In this document: one piece after another, positions 14,122 through 16,143 of the stretch
How positions within the stretch are numbered: the first letter of the stretch is position 1
How the letters are laid out: every line of letters starts with the position of its first letter
Source: a virus
Taxonomy: Duplodnaviria > Heunggongvirae > Uroviricota > Caudoviricetes
IMG/VR virus record: IMGVR_UViG_3300005095_000172
Span: 64,001-80,143 of that record
Reading direction: 5' to 3' (one strand)
Length of the DNA: 16,143 bases
Made by a program: the position numbers and the translations under genes
The notes under the pieces: generated by a model
Seen by the model: the letters and a program-made list of their open reading frames with translations, nothing else
Told to the model about the DNA's origin: nothing
Database searches by the model: none

Positions 14122-15492
14122 TTAATCAAAGTTTATGACAGCAGTATCAACTTCTTTTTCACTCGCTTGTTGAATAACTGAAGTATTAATGTTTGCGACA
14201 GCAGTATCTAAATTATCTTCATCGGCTAAATCAGTGAATCTTACAGTACTAAAATCGACTTCAACGAGATGTGAAGAAAGTCTTCCCGTATTCCTATTTT
14301 TCAAGAACTTAATCAGACTCTGATTCATTTCTCTTAACTGAGCATTTGAAAGTAAAGCTATAACATTATCGGCAGTTTGGATTACACCAAGTGAATCAGC
14401 AATGCTGTCCAACCCAGATTCTAGGTTGTCGTATGCCCCTCTATTCAACTGAGCTGCTGTAAATATGATGGTATCTTCCTTTTTAGAAAATCCATGAAGT
14501 TCTTCAGCAATGGATTTATAAAAAGCGTACCCACCAGCAGAACCAATAGTAGTTCTTACAGAAGACATCAACCCAATATAATCTATACAAATAAGGTCTG
14601 GCACAAATCCGTCTTTAGACTTAAGTTCTCCTAATAATGACTTCAAAAGAAGTACATTGAAAGTACCAGCAGGATAGTCTTTGATGACAAGTTTACCAGA
14701 AATCTTAGAAATTTCTTGAAGTTTTCTTTCAAATTCTTTCTTATCTAGCTTCCCTAAATCATTCGCTGGGTAATTCAATAAATTAGCATCAATTCTTCTT
14801 GCGATTTCCATATCCGTCATTTCTAGTGAAATGAATAATACATTTTTCTTCAATAAGTACGCTGTTGATGCCGCTGACATAAGTAATGCTGTTTTACCAC
14901 CGTGTGAAGGAGCAACCACCAAGTTCAACGTCTTTGTTCTTAAACCGCTTCCAAGAGCTTCATCAACCGACCTTAAACCCAAACTTAGACCAGAAATTCT
15001 TTGAGTATAGTAAGCGTATCTTTCTTCTAAAGAACTTTCTTCCCCAAAATTCATTCCAGTGTCAGAATCAAAAGAAACTCCTAGTGCCTTTTCTATCATT
15101 CCAATAATTGGTTCAAAAGGTTCATCATTAGCAATTAAGTCAGCTGATTTAAAGATAGCTTCTGACAATTCTTCTTTTTGAATATACTTTTCTGTTTGGT
15201 CCAAAAGAAAATCTTTATTTTCTACTGGGGGTTCCAACATAACATTTTTATATTGTTGGATGACTTTATCTTTCACTGTATCAGATACAGAACCGGAATT
15301 TTTAATAAATAATCCGAGTTCTTTAATATTAGGTGCTTCTTCGTATTTCTTTTGATATTCTCTAAGAGCTTTGAAAATCTCAGTGTTTTCTAAGTTACTG
15401 AAATGTTCTGGTTTAAGATGAGTGAAGACCTTCGCAAAATAATCTCCGTCGACAAGTAGATTCTTTAATATCACATTTTCCATATCTTCCAT
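14122..15492 (-). CDS. T4 gp41-like (DnaB-family) replicative helicase
   Basis: Walker A APSHGGKT, FISLEM, Walker B CIDYIGLM, TAAQLNR, IADSLG and KNR; 456 aa; AGGAG RBS. Confidence 0.93.
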   Translation of the reverse strand: MEDMENVILKNLLVDGDYFAKVFTHLKPEHFSNLENTEIFKALREYQKKYEEAPNIKELGLFIKNSGSVSDTVKDKVIQQYKNVMLEPPVENKDFLLDQTEKYIQKEELSEAIFKSADLIANDEPFEPIIGMIEKALGVSFDSDTGMNFGEESSLEERYAYYTQRISGLSLGLRSVDEALGSGLRTKTLNLVVAPSHGGKTALLMSAASTAYLLKKNVLFISLEMTDMEIARRIDANLLNYPANDLGKLDKKEFERKLQEISKISGKLVIKDYPAGTFNVLLLKSLLGELKSKDGFVPDLICIDYIGLMSSVRTTIGSAGGYAFYKSIAEELHGFSKKEDTIIFTAAQLNRGAYDNLESGLDSIADSLGVIQTADNVIALLSNAQLREMNQSLIKFLKNRNTGRLSSHLVEVDFSTVRFTDLADEDNLDTAVANINTSVIQQASEKEVDTAVINFD

Positions 15493-15509
15493 ATTTTCTC
15501 CTTAATGAC

Positions 15510-15541
15510 ATTATATAAAATAAAAATTAAAACGAACTTAA
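15510..15541 (-). promoter_or_regulatory. Putative promoter for the gp41-gp43A unit
   Basis: Minus strand TTAAG-N6-TTAAT-N10-TATAAT, followed by AGGAG and ATG. Confidence 0.6.
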
Positions 15542-16143
15542 GCTTCTTTATGTTCTTCTAAAATAGAGATTATACCTGAAATCAATTCAAGGTGGTCTTC
15601 ACTAGGCATATTCGGGTCGATAGTTATCCCAAAAGCGTGATTATGGCCTCCGGATGAAATCACCCAAGGGTTCCCATCCACAAAACTGATAATGCTTTCT
15701 TTGATGGTTTTCGCAACTTTATCATCAACTGAAGAATCTATCCTAATTGAAATATTTTTCTTACTTTGAAACGGGAGTACATAGAATTTATACTCTGGGT
15801 AATCCATTTGCCAAAATGATTTATGTAAATCATTAAAAGCAAGTAAAATAGAATTCTCTTCATCAAACACCACTAATCCTGAATCAATCGATTTCTGAAA
15901 TATTTTATCCTTTTCTTTAACAGTTTCTTTATACAATTCTTTAAAAAATTTAGGAATTTTAAACCCGTTCCTTCTAATATTAGACTTAAACCCTGACATT
16001 TTTATTTTCCAAAAAATTGTGTTCAGAAACCAACCCATTTTAAAATTTTCTGGGTCTTCATATTCTTTATAGATATCATACGCATCTATCCAATTCACTA
16101 ATTTTCTCAAATCTTCGTCATCACTTTTAATAAACTCAAAACA
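15538..16143 (-). CDS. DHH/DHHA1-family phosphoesterase (NrnB/NrnA-like), C-terminal part; 5' end off window
   Basis: The frame is open to the window edge (CFEFIKSDDEDLRKLV...), so TTG 16110 is not the true start. LVNWIDAYDI, SIRID and the GGHNHAFG DHHA1 motif are present. The DHH motif itself is not in the window. Confidence 0.7.
   Translation of the reverse strand, partial: CFEFIKSDDEDLRKLVNWIDAYDIYKEYEDPENFKMGWFLNTIFWKIKMSGFKSNIRRNGFKIPKFFKELYKETVKEKDKIFQKSIDSGLVVFDEENSILLAFNDLHKSFWQMDYPEYKFYVLPFQSKKNISIRIDSSVDDKVAKTIKESIISFVDGNPWVISSGGHNHAFGITIDPNMPSEDHLELISGIISILEEHKEA

Noticed and set aside
1-16143. tRNA, rRNA, IS elements or integrase
   Set aside because: The window is almost fully protein-coding, intergenic gaps are short and explained, and no such signatures were seen.

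Overview
AT-rich fragment of a large T4-like (myovirus-type) phage genome. All credible genes are on the minus strand. In transcription order (right to left): DHH/DHHA1 phosphoesterase (5' end off window); gp41-like replicative helicase; small hypothetical; family-B DNA polymerase split in the fingers domain into gp43A (12330-13844) and gp43B (10042-11214), with three small ORFs and a duplicated promoter/RBS cassette in the gap. A tightly coupled run follows: gp43B, DinG/XPD-type Fe-S helicase, manC, gmd, fcl (GDP-L-fucose synthesis), a PTH2-like protein, an aGPT-Pplase1/HMUDK_hel-family DNA base hypermodification protein, a SLOG (DUF2493-like) protein, a 32-aa membrane peptide and a protein with ~42 Cys in CxxC repeats. 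Then come a DUF285/BspA repeat protein, an all-alpha dimeric dUTPase, a HAD 5'-deoxynucleotidase and panD, which the ORF track missed and which runs off the left edge. The main hypothesis (inference) is a phage DNA hypermodification locus linking a thymidine-hypermodification-family enzyme to GDP-fucose and/or beta-alanine supply. No glycosyltransferase, dUMP hydroxymethylase or amino acid:DNA transferase is visible in this window. Family calls come from motif recognition by eye, not database searches.
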